From Minisyncoccota bacterium (lineage in GTDB: Bacteria; Patescibacteriota; Minisyncoccia; Phycocordibacterales; CAIZLB01), in assembly GCA_036405975.1 (NCBI GenBank), contig DASWWM010000027.1, positions 1 through 51,655 on the forward strand: 51,655 nt of DNA, written 5' to 3'. A program made the position numbers and the translations under genes. Below are positions 1-8,960 of this stretch, in pieces (positions within the stretch are counted from its first letter, which is position 1; each line of letters begins with the position of its first letter). The notes under the pieces were generated by a model, which was not told where the DNA came from, searched no databases, and saw only the letters and a list, made by a program, of their open reading frames with translations.

Positions 1-360
1 CACCACCTTTACCGCATGGGCTCCCTGGAGAACCATGGCGATGACCGGACCACTTGTGAAGTATCGGGTAAGCCGCCCGAGGATCTTCTGTGCTAGTTCC
101 ATAGGGTCATTCGAGGGCGGCGTCTGGCCCTTATCCACAAAGCCTTTTATGCTCTTTTCGCCCACAGCCTGCATCCATCCTGGATCAAGAGTGTAATGCT
201 TCTGGACCATGTCAGCTGTCGGGACCATAAGCTTCATGCCCACTATTTTCAGGCCAATTCTTTCATACCGGCCGATAATCTCCCCTACCAAAGTCCTCTG
301 GATGGCATCCGGCTTGATAATGACCAATGTCCGTTCATGTTTGTGGTGTGGATGTGTCAT
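1..360 (-). CDS. ndk: nucleoside diphosphate kinase, N-terminal 120 codons (3' end runs off the window)
   Basis: Own minus-strand translation from the ATG at 360 gives MTHPHHKHERTLVIIKPDAIQRTLVGEIIGRYERIGLKIVGMKL..., which carries the NDK N-terminal signature. It is absent from the ORF track because there is no stop in the window. The + ORF 196..387 is its shadow. Confidence 0.85.
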   Translation of the reverse strand, partial: MTHPHHKHERTLVIIKPDAIQRTLVGEIIGRYERIGLKIVGMKLMVPTADMVQKHYTLDPGWMQAVGEKSIKGFVDKGQTPPSNDPMELAQKILGRLTRYFTSGPVIAMVLQGAHAVKVV

Positions 361-376
361 GCATCCAATATAGCAC

Positions 377-3247
377 CTAGAGACTGAACCTCGAAGTGGG
401 CCTCGGAGCGACAGGTTCAACCGGCTCTTTCTTGTATTTCTCCATGATGAGCCCCTCAACGATGTCCCGGTTCTGTCCGTATTTGAGATATGAAAGCTCC
501 TTCAAGTTTTCAGCGACCTTATCATTGCCTTGTTTTGGCCATATAAATTCTATGTTAAACGGACGCGTCGGCTTCCCTCCCGCGAGCATCTTCACATAGC
601 AGTTCATATTGTCGATATTCATAATGTCGTTTGATGTGAAGATTGGCTCAAACTGCTTCTCAAGGAATTCCGCATCTTCAGCACCCACTCTGAATACGGC
701 CATATTTCCGACATTTCCGAATACGGCATCCTTGATGTCTTCGTCGAGCTGCCCGATGAACTGATGCGCCATCGTGAGCGAGAGCTTGTACTTTCGTGCC
801 TCAGAAAGGATGGTACCGATCGAGGGAGTGGTAATGTTTTGGAACTCGTCTATGTATAGGTAGAACGGATTCATATCCTTGCCGAATGAGTCCACCCGCG
901 AAAGCGCTGCCATGAGAATCTTTCCTACGAGGATGAGACCGATGAGTGACGAGTTGATATCGCCAAGTCTTCCCTTCGCAAGGTTAACAAGCAGGATCTT
1001 CTTATTGTCCATGATTTCCCTGAAATTGAAGCTGGACCTCTCCTGAGCGATGATCGGCCGCATGATATCGTTCGCAAGGAATACGTCGAATTTGCTTGTG
1101 ATATACGGCACCATATTCTGAAGCGCCCCTTCTCCGCCGGCCTTCTCTGCAATGTCTTTCCAGAATTGAACAACGACGGGATTCTTGCATCGAGCAAGTT
1201 TCATCTCCCTGAAGCTCTTGTTGGCCATGACTCGCGAGACATCGAGAAGGGTCGAGCCGCTGTCCGGATCCTCGATGACAAGCATCGTTGCATTTCGGAA
1301 GTACTGCTCGAACATTGGACCCATAGACTCGGGAACGCCTCCGTATAGCTTTTGGAAAATGCTGAAAAGCTCATTGACCACGAATGTTTTCTGCTCTGGA
1401 TATGCCCGGTTGTACTCAAGCATGTTTAGGGCCATAGGTCGGTCGATATGACTCGGGTCAAAGTAAATGACATCGTCGTATCTTTCCTTCGGAATATGGG
1501 CAAGGATGTCCTGCACGTCAGAACCATGCGGATCGATGAAGCATACGCCGTCTCCGTTCTTTATGTCCTGGATGATCATATTTCGAAGCATCGTGGACTT
1601 GCCGGTACCGGTCTGACCGATGGCATAGAAATGCCGCATTCGGTCTTCAGATGATATGAAAATATCTGTTTCAGCGTTCCTGTGCCTGTTCTTTCCGAGA
1701 TACAGGTTCGGCTTTCCCGTATGGCCCGAAATGCCAGGGAGGCCGAGAGGGGCCGGCGCGCTCCCTGCTTTTGTCTGCTTCAACTGGTGCGCGCCGGCAA
1801 TGCCCTCAGTCGGAAAATGCATGACCGTCGCAAGCTCCCTGATGGAAACAGGAAGGACCTCTTCCTTCTTGAACATCCGGTACGAGAACCCGTGGAGCAT
1901 ATCGGCAAGGGCGACGCCTTCCTTTCGCTCGAATCCGATGGCATTTCCGAGAGAGTTCTCAAACTGCCCGAAAGAAGACTCGATGCTCGCAAGGATCTCC
2001 TCTGCCCTGCTTCGGTACTGAGCAGAAGCCACAAGCCGCATATTTGCCTCAATGATCGGAGTCGAGAGCTTCGCAGTGATCTGCTCGACAGCTATGGCAT
2101 CAACGACCTTCGGCTTGTCATCCTTCTTGTCCGAATCTTTCGATGACAGTTCCTTCGCAGCCTCCTTGCTCATTTCCTTGAATGACTTCTTGAAGCTTCC
2201 CCAAAGCGTATGCTGAATGTCGGTCGCCTTCTTGACTGACTCTCCCTTTTGGATTTCGTCGAGAGACTCCTTGTACAGTTTCGTATAGTACTCGCCGGCC
2301 GGATTGAAGACGATCTGGATCGATGCCCCTTCCCCGTCCTTTGTCAGCTTCGAAAGCGCATTCAGTATCACATTGAGCGGATCATAGTCGAACTGCTCAT
2401 ACGTCTTGATCGGATAGATTTCCCTTCGTGCCTGCCGTGCGACCGACCCCAAAGAGACTCCTTCCTCATTGAAAATATTGTAATCATCTTTTTTCTCCTC
2501 GATCTTTGCATTTGGAAAAATAGAAAGAAACTGCTTCTCAAAAAGATCCCTCCTTGCGTCAGGGACTGATACATAAAATACGAATTCCTCTCCCCCGTTT
2601 GCAACGGCAAGCTCAATTGCAAACTGTCCCTCTCCGTCAGTGCCGGAACCGGCACCTGATCCCAGAAGCATGCCGGCATAAAACTGCTCCATGGAAGACA
2701 GGAGTTCTTTCAGGGTCTTTTTCTGCTCATTTCGGTCACCCTTGAACTCGGGCAATGCCACCTCGAAAAGCGTTCTTCTGAGAGCTTTGATTTCAGGGAT
2801 ATTTTCCTTGAGGCCCTGCATTGGCAGCCCCTTCTTGAGGAATTCAACGAGAAACCTGTGAAAATCATCGTCCAAATGTGGGTTATTGAGACCTCGCGCA
2901 ACCTGGATGGCATTAAGGACTCCCCGTTCCTGAATGAGAGCAAGCAGCTCTTCCATTCGCTTGTCATGCCGTTCAGGAGAGAGTTCGAGAATTATTTCCC
3001 ACTGTTCCTGAGGAGCGGCCCTGAAGCTTTCATGAAGGACTTTGTCCGCATCCTGCTTGCTGTAATGCGACAGTTCCTCGGAGATGGCTCGCTCACGCTC
3101 GTATCGCTCCCCCGCTGACTCATTTGTCATGGATGCTTGCTCGCGATCCATGACCACTTTTCGAAGATACTGAAGTTCCTCTTCTACTGAAGAGAATTGT
3201 TTTCCTTCATACTGACTCCCTTCGGATTTTAAAGACTCTCGCTCCAT
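377..3247 (-). CDS. VirD4/TraG/TraD-like (type IV coupling protein family) P-loop ATPase with a ~520-aa uncharacterised N-terminal region
   Basis: Walker A GQTGTGKST followed by FIDPHGS. Walker B-like FYLYIDEFQN. The EARKYKLSLTMAHQFIGQL motif is typical of T4CP/DUF87-type ATPases. No obvious TM helices in the N-terminal half. Confidence 0.6.
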   Translation of the reverse strand: MERESLKSEGSQYEGKQFSSVEEELQYLRKVVMDREQASMTNESAGERYERERAISEELSHYSKQDADKVLHESFRAAPQEQWEIILELSPERHDKRMEELLALIQERGVLNAIQVARGLNNPHLDDDFHRFLVEFLKKGLPMQGLKENIPEIKALRRTLFEVALPEFKGDRNEQKKTLKELLSSMEQFYAGMLLGSGAGSGTDGEGQFAIELAVANGGEEFVFYVSVPDARRDLFEKQFLSIFPNAKIEEKKDDYNIFNEEGVSLGSVARQARREIYPIKTYEQFDYDPLNVILNALSKLTKDGEGASIQIVFNPAGEYYTKLYKESLDEIQKGESVKKATDIQHTLWGSFKKSFKEMSKEAAKELSSKDSDKKDDKPKVVDAIAVEQITAKLSTPIIEANMRLVASAQYRSRAEEILASIESSFGQFENSLGNAIGFERKEGVALADMLHGFSYRMFKKEEVLPVSIRELATVMHFPTEGIAGAHQLKQTKAGSAPAPLGLPGISGHTGKPNLYLGKNRHRNAETDIFISSEDRMRHFYAIGQTGTGKSTMLRNMIIQDIKNGDGVCFIDPHGSDVQDILAHIPKERYDDVIYFDPSHIDRPMALNMLEYNRAYPEQKTFVVNELFSIFQKLYGGVPESMGPMFEQYFRNATMLVIEDPDSGSTLLDVSRVMANKSFREMKLARCKNPVVVQFWKDIAEKAGGEGALQNMVPYITSKFDVFLANDIMRPIIAQERSSFNFREIMDNKKILLVNLAKGRLGDINSSLIGLILVGKILMAALSRVDSFGKDMNPFYLYIDEFQNITTPSIGTILSEARKYKLSLTMAHQFIGQLDEDIKDAVFGNVGNMAVFRVGAEDAEFLEKQFEPIFTSNDIMNIDNMNCYVKMLAGGKPTRPFNIEFIWPKQGNDKVAENLKELSYLKYGQNRDIVEGLIMEKYKKEPVEPVAPRPTSRFSL

Positions 3248-3255
3248 GTGCTAAC

Positions 3256-3264
3256 AGTATAGCA
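3256..3264 (-). promoter_or_regulatory. extended -10 (TGcTATACT) 8 nt upstream of the ATPase ATG; candidate leaderless promoter
   Basis: Minus strand reads ttttgcTATACTgttagcacATG. Confidence 0.45.
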
Positions 3265-3278
3265 AAAGTTTTGATTTG

Positions 3279-4091
3279 CTATCGCACAGTAAGCACTTCT
3301 GCTCCATCTTCGGTGATGGCAATCGTATGTTCAAAGTGAACGCTCCTCCTCCTGTCTGTCGTTCGGAGCGTGTATCCGTCTGAATCGAGGTACGTCTCTC
3401 CAGACTTCTCGTTAATGATAGGCTCGATGGCAATGACCGCTCCCGGCTTAAGAACGGGCCCCTGTCCTGGCTTTCCATAGTTTGGAATGAATGGATCTTC
3501 GTGGACAGAGAATCCTACGCCATGTCCGCCGAGATACTCGGCCATATTGAACCCGTACGTCTGGTGATAGTATGAAAATGCTTTGTCGATGGCATGACCG
3601 ACGTCGCCCGTCTTGATTCCATTTGGAAAATCCGTCTTCCAGTTCTTGCAGGCTTCGATTGCCGCATCGAGCGCTTCCTTTCCTGCCTGAAGAAGCTTCC
3701 TTCCCTTCTCGTCTGTCTTGTCAGGCCCTCCTGCAGAAACCGTGATCGCACTGTCTACCACTCGCCCTTTGTAAGTGATTCCCATGTCGAGCACGACGAT
3801 GTCTCCGTCATTGATAGTAAACGGCTTCTCATTTGGAATGCCATGGACGACTGCGTCATTTACAGAAAGGCAGAGTGCCGCAGGAAAAGGACGGTCAGCA
3901 CCGTAGGGCTTGTATCCCAAGAAGGCAGGAACGGCACCTGCTTCCGCCGTCAGTTTCCGAGCAAGGTTTTCAAGCTCAAGGGAGGAAACGCCGCCGACAG
4001 TCGCCTTTTCCAGTTCCGTCAGAATACGGCCCAAAATAGCCCCGGCTTCCCGGAGAGTCTTGATGTCCTGTTCTGTCTTAAGCTGAATCAT
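3279..4091 (-). CDS. map: type I methionine aminopeptidase
   Basis: VHGIP, DIVVLDMG, GHGVG, IEP and HFEHTIAIT motifs. Lies downstream of adk as in spc operons. Confidence 0.93.
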   Translation of the reverse strand: MIQLKTEQDIKTLREAGAILGRILTELEKATVGGVSSLELENLARKLTAEAGAVPAFLGYKPYGADRPFPAALCLSVNDAVVHGIPNEKPFTINDGDIVVLDMGITYKGRVVDSAITVSAGGPDKTDEKGRKLLQAGKEALDAAIEACKNWKTDFPNGIKTGDVGHAIDKAFSYYHQTYGFNMAEYLGGHGVGFSVHEDPFIPNYGKPGQGPVLKPGAVIAIEPIINEKSGETYLDSDGYTLRTTDRRRSVHFEHTIAITEDGAEVLTVR

Positions 4092-4120
4092 GAGGCTACT
4101 CTACACCAAATAAGGGCCTT

Positions 4121-4726
4121 TTACCAACTGATTTTCTCAAAAATATCCGCTGTCACCTTCTCTATAGATTGCTCCCCGTTAACATGTACAAACTGATATC
4201 CGGGATGCGATGCGAAGTATTTCACCGCAGGATATACGTCAGTATCGAACCAGCCAAGCCTCCGCTCTATTGTTTCCGGAGCCATGTCATCCGGCCGCCC
4301 TTCCTTGACCGATCTCTCCTTGAGCCGCTCACGTGACCACTCCCTTGAAACGTCAATGTAAACCACCACGGGCTTTTCCCTGCCATAGAACGTTATCGAT
4401 GAGTCGAATACGAGTGCCTCCTCATACGAACGAGGCATGCCGTCGACAATAAGATGCTCCTTTCCTGTCATTTCCTCGATAAGCACATGTGCCCAATTCC
4501 ATACGGCCAGAAAGTCAGGCTGTCGCCTACCCGTCTCTGCAATATGTGCAGCAAGCTTGTTTGAGTACGTATCCCCTTTTATGAAGTCCCTGAATCGAGC
4601 ACCTGTCTCGAGATGAAGTATTGGCAGTTTCTGCTGAGCCGCTTCAAGCCGTTCGACTAGGATCTTAACTTGTGTCCCTTTTCCGGAACCCGACCTGCCG
4701 ATGAAGATGAATGTTTTGGGTGACAT
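4121..4726 (-). CDS. adk: adenylate kinase / nucleoside monophosphate kinase
   Basis: P-loop FIGRSGSGKGTQ. Size 201 aa. Position is next to map. Confidence 0.8.
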   Translation of the reverse strand: MSPKTFIFIGRSGSGKGTQVKILVERLEAAQQKLPILHLETGARFRDFIKGDTYSNKLAAHIAETGRRQPDFLAVWNWAHVLIEEMTGKEHLIVDGMPRSYEEALVFDSSITFYGREKPVVVYIDVSREWSRERLKERSVKEGRPDDMAPETIERRLGWFDTDVYPAVKYFASHPGYQFVHVNGEQSIEKVTADIFEKISW

Positions 4727-4776
4727 GATGTCGCTTGTTTCGAATACAGTATATACCTTCCTCTATTTTTTTGAGG

Positions 4777-4782
4777 TATGAT
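4777..4782 (+). promoter_or_regulatory. -10 box TATGAT 8 nt upstream of the ATG at 4791
   Basis: gaggTATGATattcacaaATG. Confidence 0.4.
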
Positions 4783-4790
4783 ATTCACAA

Positions 4791-5195
4791 ATGACATACG
4801 AGAATCAACCCAATGCATTCGAATCGGACGCGTCCTTTGTCCGAGCCCGAGAACTCGAGGAACAATATAAAGACAGGTATATCAACGTTTCCAGAAATGG
4901 TGCGCGAATGAATCCACCTCGAAATATCCAGCGAGAAAGGAGCGAACTTATGGATTCGCTTACAGATCCTGAGACCGGTGAAGCATACACAAGGGACGAG
5001 CTTGATCGTTTCTACCTCTTCCATGTCATTTCCGGCGGCGACATCAGCATGGGCTTCCCTTTTGACATGCAGCTCGATACCCCAGACGGCAAGTTCGAAG
5101 AGTTCATCGCCAGTTTGCCAGAGGTGGCACAAGAATCTGGGGAGAAAAGCGAGATGGCCAAAAAGGGCTACGAGATTCCGCCCTGGCTTAAGTAA
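4791..5195 (+). CDS. hypothetical protein (134 aa, acidic)
   Basis: Longest ORF in the gap. A hairpin lies downstream. No recognisable motif. Confidence 0.55.
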   Translation: MTYENQPNAFESDASFVRARELEEQYKDRYINVSRNGARMNPPRNIQRERSELMDSLTDPETGEAYTRDELDRFYLFHVISGGDISMGFPFDMQLDTPDGKFEEFIASLPEVAQESGEKSEMAKKGYEIPPWLK

Positions 5196-5227
5196 ATGCG
5201 GCCCTCACCCGAAAGCGAAGGCCGCAT
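5196..5227 (+). terminator. stem-loop (atgcggcc...ggccgcat) after the 4791..5195 ORF, with no clear T-run
   Basis: 8-bp perfect arms at 5196-5203 and 5220-5227. Confidence 0.35.
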
Positions 5228-5487
5228 ATGAAGCAGGGTTTAATTACCGTATTGTTTTGGGAATCTCCGATGGCTGACGCGATGCCTGGAGGTTCCAAGG
5301 ATCAGGACCCTGAATTCGTGAGTGTTTGAGACACGCCGCAATCTCAAGGACAGTTCCCGCATATAAACCCCCTTCTCGAACGGCGTGAGGTGCCGATCCA
5401 AAAGCGCCAAGGTACTTATGCTCATGGTACGCGATCAGTGTGTAGTTCAGACAGGATTGAGCCTGATTCAAGTATACGCCCGAATGC

Positions 5488-5496
5488 TGATACAAT
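5488..5496 (+). promoter_or_regulatory. extended -10 (TGaTACAAT) 7 nt upstream of the ATG at 5504
   Basis: gcTGaTACAATacaggcaATG. Confidence 0.4.
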
Positions 5497-5503
5497 ACAG
5501 GCA

Positions 5504-5779
5504 ATGCCCAAACCTACGCACAAGAAACTGACCAGAAGCCATACCAGTGCCATCGAGAAAGTCGAGGAGGTCGTGGCGGTAATCCAGAAGCTGCCGGAGG
5601 TAAGCAAGATCTCGCTCGGAATCATAAAACATATCGGTGTCGGGAAGCCGACAGCAAAGTTCCATGCTATAACCGGAGGGTTCAAGGCGGTCATCAGAGG
5701 GAACATCTCGATACAAGAAATCTTCGTATACACCAAAGAGCCTGATACTGTTCAGAAAAAAATAAAATCCCTCATTTAA
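5504..5779 (+). CDS. hypothetical protein (91 aa)
   Basis: Internal Met of ORF 5390..5779 (MPKPTHKKLTRSH...). The -10 box is positioned for this start. The stop sits in the loop of the 5765..5792 terminator. Confidence 0.55.
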   Translation: MPKPTHKKLTRSHTSAIEKVEEVVAVIQKLPEVSKISLGIIKHIGVGKPTAKFHAITGGFKAVIRGNISIQEIFVYTKEPDTVQKKIKSLI

Positions 5780-5792
5780 TTGAGGGATTTTT
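5765..5792. terminator. bidirectional intrinsic terminator between convergent genes
   Basis: aaatccctca / tgagggattt 10-bp arms, with A/T runs on both sides. Confidence 0.7.
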
Positions 5793-5812
5793 CATGTATC
5801 TTAATTTTAGGA

Positions 5813-7180
5813 CTATTTCTTAAGTCCCGAAACCGCATTATTGATTCCAGATCCATTTGCCGGAGATGCGACAGGAGTGATGGCTTCGATGACTGTATTT
5901 ACGGCTGCATCAACTGTCGCACCGACCGTTGCCGCAGCAGGAGCCGAGAAAAGCGCACTTGTCGCAGCCGCTGTACTTGTAGCAGCAACCGATGCGACGG
6001 ATGTCGTAGCATGAGCAGGTACAGCAGTCATGACATCTGCAGTGGCCGTTGCCGCCGAAGCGGATACATTAACCTTCGCAGAACTGCTTACGGATGCATG
6101 GCTTCCTGCGGGACTGGAAGTTGCAGGGCTTGCCATGAGAACGGCCGTAGCGGCAGCAGTGCCAGTGGTAGATGCGGTCGAGGCAATTCCATAGCTGGTA
6201 CCAGTCCTGATGCCTGCTTTGGCAAGCGTCCCTACAAGCGCCTGCGTGCCCTGCAATGACCTATGGGCGGTCTTCAGCGCCACGAACGCTTCGCCGTAGA
6301 GCCCCGCATTCATCTTTGCCCTTCCTTCGGCAACGAGCTTTGCGGCTTCATTGATCTGGGCATTAGCAGCAACGCCCGCCTCAGCAGCAATTCGCTCCCG
6401 CAAAACCTGACTGCCAACAAACTTCCTCACAGCCTCGATCTTTTCTTCGGATGCGGCGAGGCTTGCCTCGGCAGAAGATCTAACCTTCGCCTGGTCGCCT
6501 GAGTTGCTCGCCAGCGCCTCGGCCCGGACTCTTGTCTCAGTGATCGAAGTAAGCCTCCTTCCGACTTCTCCCGCAATGCTTTCCAAAGCAACCGCAGAAG
6601 CGCCGATACGGCCAGCTCCGTCAGAAAGGCCGTTCAATACCTGCTGGTGTGCAGCAAGCGAAGTCTCAAGATCAGAACTAATGGCGACAGCGACCCTTGC
6701 TCCTCCGGTCTGCTTCAGCTTCTTGATTGACTTCGATGCCGACTCTACGCTTGATGCGAATCGGGACTCGATAGCGGCTTTTGTTTCCACGTCGAGCTTT
6801 CCCATGACCGCAAGCCGTTCCGCTTCTTCGAGCCTTCGAGCCGCCTGGCTTGTCTTTATTTTTGCATTTGCCTCAGCACCAAAAGCAAGGAAAGACTCAA
6901 CGTTCTCATTGACGTTTATCTTTACCGAATAGAGGGCGTCGCCAGGAAGAGCTGAATTGGCGGCAAATGCCGTACCACAGCTTAGGGCAAGGACCAGTAT
7001 CAGAGCCGCAGGCGCAAGCCGTCGGATGCTAAAGAACGACATCGTGAATGGCGAACGGACAGGTCGGACAGCCTGTGCAGGGTGCTGTGCCATGAACGAT
7101 ACAAGGTTCTGACGGATCTGTGCCTTTTCCGCATCGGTCAGCCTCGCTTCTGTTGCTTTTTTTAGAATTCTTTCAGGCAT
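5813..7180 (-). CDS. membrane-anchored putative anti-sigma factor with a DUF5667-like ectodomain and an Ala/Ser/Thr-rich C-terminal tail
   Basis: 8-nt overlap with the upstream ECF sigma gene. Single TM segment LAPAALILVLALSCGTAFA. The PGDALYSVK motif is typical of DUF5667. Helical repeats are followed by an AST low-complexity region. Confidence 0.6.
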   Translation of the reverse strand: MPERILKKATEARLTDAEKAQIRQNLVSFMAQHPAQAVRPVRSPFTMSFFSIRRLAPAALILVLALSCGTAFAANSALPGDALYSVKINVNENVESFLAFGAEANAKIKTSQAARRLEEAERLAVMGKLDVETKAAIESRFASSVESASKSIKKLKQTGGARVAVAISSDLETSLAAHQQVLNGLSDGAGRIGASAVALESIAGEVGRRLTSITETRVRAEALASNSGDQAKVRSSAEASLAASEEKIEAVRKFVGSQVLRERIAAEAGVAANAQINEAAKLVAEGRAKMNAGLYGEAFVALKTAHRSLQGTQALVGTLAKAGIRTGTSYGIASTASTTGTAAATAVLMASPATSSPAGSHASVSSSAKVNVSASAATATADVMTAVPAHATTSVASVAATSTAAATSALFSAPAAATVGATVDAAVNTVIEAITPVASPANGSGINNAVSGLKK

Positions 7181-7691
7181 GTTGTTTTAGGAAAATTTTT
7201 CTTAGCTTTTCGAGCCCTCGATGGATACGGACAGAGACGGTATTGTCGGACTCACCAGTAATGCTGACAATTTCGCTGATTTCGAGATTCTGAACGTATC
7301 TCATGAAAATAGTCTCGCCGTACGGATCCGGGACCTGAGAAATGAGTGCCATGGCTTCAGCGCCATCGATCCGGTCGATGATTGACTGGGTCTCGTCAAA
7401 GGAAGGCTCGAACCCTGCCTCATTGAGAACCTCAAGGGATTCTGATTTCCCCTTCCTCCTGGCCTGCTGTCGGTACTGGTCAATGACCAGATTTCCGGCG
7501 GTCTTGTACAGAAGGGCCCGCGTATTCTCTACGCTCTCTCCTTTTGCAAGGTAAATCCAGACTTTCATGAAGGTTTCTTGAACCATATCTTTCGCAAGCT
7601 CAGCGTTGCTCAGCTTGAATAGACAGAAGCGGTAAATGGCATCCGAATGGGCTTCATAGGCTTCGAGAAATGCTTCGTTCTTGTCATTCAT
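7173..7691 (-). CDS. ECF-type RNA polymerase sigma-70 family factor
   Basis: Region 2 (AIYRFCLFKL..DMVQETFMKVW) and region 4 helix-turn-helix (EISEIVSITGESDNTVSVRIHRGLEKLR). 172 aa. Confidence 0.85.
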   Translation of the reverse strand: MNDKNEAFLEAYEAHSDAIYRFCLFKLSNAELAKDMVQETFMKVWIYLAKGESVENTRALLYKTAGNLVIDQYRQQARRKGKSESLEVLNEAGFEPSFDETQSIIDRIDGAEAMALISQVPDPYGETIFMRYVQNLEISEIVSITGESDNTVSVRIHRGLEKLRKIFLKQHA

Positions 7692-7790
7692 AGCTATAGA
7701 CGATGGGTCCTGGTATTTCTTTCAGGAGGACGCGCACTCTTCAGTCTCGCCCCATTAGCCCCGTATGTCAAGGAAAAGGCTGGGTACATA

Positions 7791-7832
7791 AAAAGGCGCC
7801 CGAAGCCTTGAATCGTGCTTCGGGCGCCTTTT
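7791..7832 (-). terminator. intrinsic terminator after the 7863..8594 gene
   Basis: 16-bp arms aaaaggcgcccgaagc / gcttcgggcgcctttt, followed by a T-run on the minus strand. Confidence 0.8.
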
Positions 7833-7862
7833 GACGGCCAGGAGGAGCCGTTATGTCAAAAC

Positions 7863-8594
7863 CTATCGTCCGATGACGTGATTTGTAACTTTGGCAGTTA
7901 CAGTCTGCTCAACCGTAGGATTTGCTGAAGTAGGCTCCCCTGTCTTATGACCAAGATACTTGATGGTAAGCTTGTATCCGAGAAGCGAGCTGAACTTCGG
8001 CGTATTCTGCACCTGTACCGCCGCATCTTTTTCCGCCTGAACGCTTCGAACCGCTACTCCAGTTCCCACCTTGAACATAGAAGTATATCGGACGTTCTGG
8101 CCATTTACATGAAAGACCGCAACATACTGTTCGTCCGTCTGACCGGCTACGCTGTACGTGATTGACACAATGGCATCCTGAGTATTGTCATCAGTCGGAA
8201 GTCGAGCAAGGACAGACCCCACTGTGACCTTCGCCTGCTTTGTTCCAGCCTTGAACGAAGCCTCACCCCGAGTGAGCGCCACGTCCGTTCCTCCCTGCGG
8301 AACACGAATAAGGGAGTTGCTAATGATAGTGTTCAACGCCGCATCGCTCAGAACGGCAGAAGCGCCAGTTCCGGCACCGGCAGTCGTTCCCGTGCCTCCA
8401 TTTGGCTGCGAGTTGCCCTGGGTACCGTTTGAATTTGTAGATCCGTCAGTTCCATCCACCGTTGATGTCCCTGTCTCAGAAGGCAAGCCTCCCATAACAG
8501 GAGAATCGACTCGGAATCCGACATACCAAGCGACTGCAATCACGAGCACAATGGCCCCGATTGTATACCAGACATTTCTAGAATTTGAATTCAT
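7863..8594 (-). CDS. hypothetical membrane-anchored protein with a Gly/Thr/Asn-rich linker
   Basis: Start moved to the internal Met (MNSNSRNVWYTIGAIVLVIAVAWYVGF), which gives an N-terminal TM helix. Followed by a strong terminator. Confidence 0.6.
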   Translation of the reverse strand: MNSNSRNVWYTIGAIVLVIAVAWYVGFRVDSPVMGGLPSETGTSTVDGTDGSTNSNGTQGNSQPNGGTGTTAGAGTGASAVLSDAALNTIISNSLIRVPQGGTDVALTRGEASFKAGTKQAKVTVGSVLARLPTDDNTQDAIVSITYSVAGQTDEQYVAVFHVNGQNVRYTSMFKVGTGVAVRSVQAEKDAAVQVQNTPKFSSLLGYKLTIKYLGHKTGEPTSANPTVEQTVTAKVTNHVIGR

Positions 8595-8912
8595 ATGCGT
8601 TATTGATTTAGTAACTAATGCACTTAGCACAATAAAAGGCTGGCCCCAGAGCAAGCTCTGGACACTGCAAGCTTCGCTTGCATGTTCCGCAGCAAAGCTG
8701 CGGGGGCCAAAGCCTTATGTTGCCGTCGCTCGTTCGGAGATGAAAAAAGCATTTTCATCCCTCTCACTTTGCTAGGCAATAAGTTGCTGAGCATGCGGCT
8801 GGCTGCAAAAGACTGCCGCATCTGCCCATGCATACAATGGTACTCCTCTTTTCAAGGATGGCTAGTCCCTTTCCCTATCCTAGATTTTGAGTGTCCGAGA
8901 CAGCCGCAAAGC

Positions 8913-8950
8913 AAACGCCCCGCCCGGAGATTGTCCGGGCGGGGCGTTTT
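8913..8950 (-). terminator. intrinsic terminator directly after secY
   Basis: aaacgccccgcccgga / tccgggcggggcgttt 16-bp arms. Confidence 0.8.
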
Positions 8951-8960
8951 CTGACTTCTG

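Noticed and set aside
196-387. 63-aa + strand ORF at the window start.
   Set aside because: It lies entirely antisense to a clear ndk reading frame (minus strand, ATG at 360) and has no start signal. It is a shadow ORF.
5228-5503. A 275-nt gap with minus-strand ORFs 5244..5504 (86 aa, TTG start) and 5240..5425 (61 aa), and a 34-codon + ORF starting at 5228.
   Set aside because: None has a plausible promoter, -10/ATG geometry or SD, and the translated sequences have no recognisable features. I treat it as the upstream region of the 5504 gene. It remains unexplained sequence.
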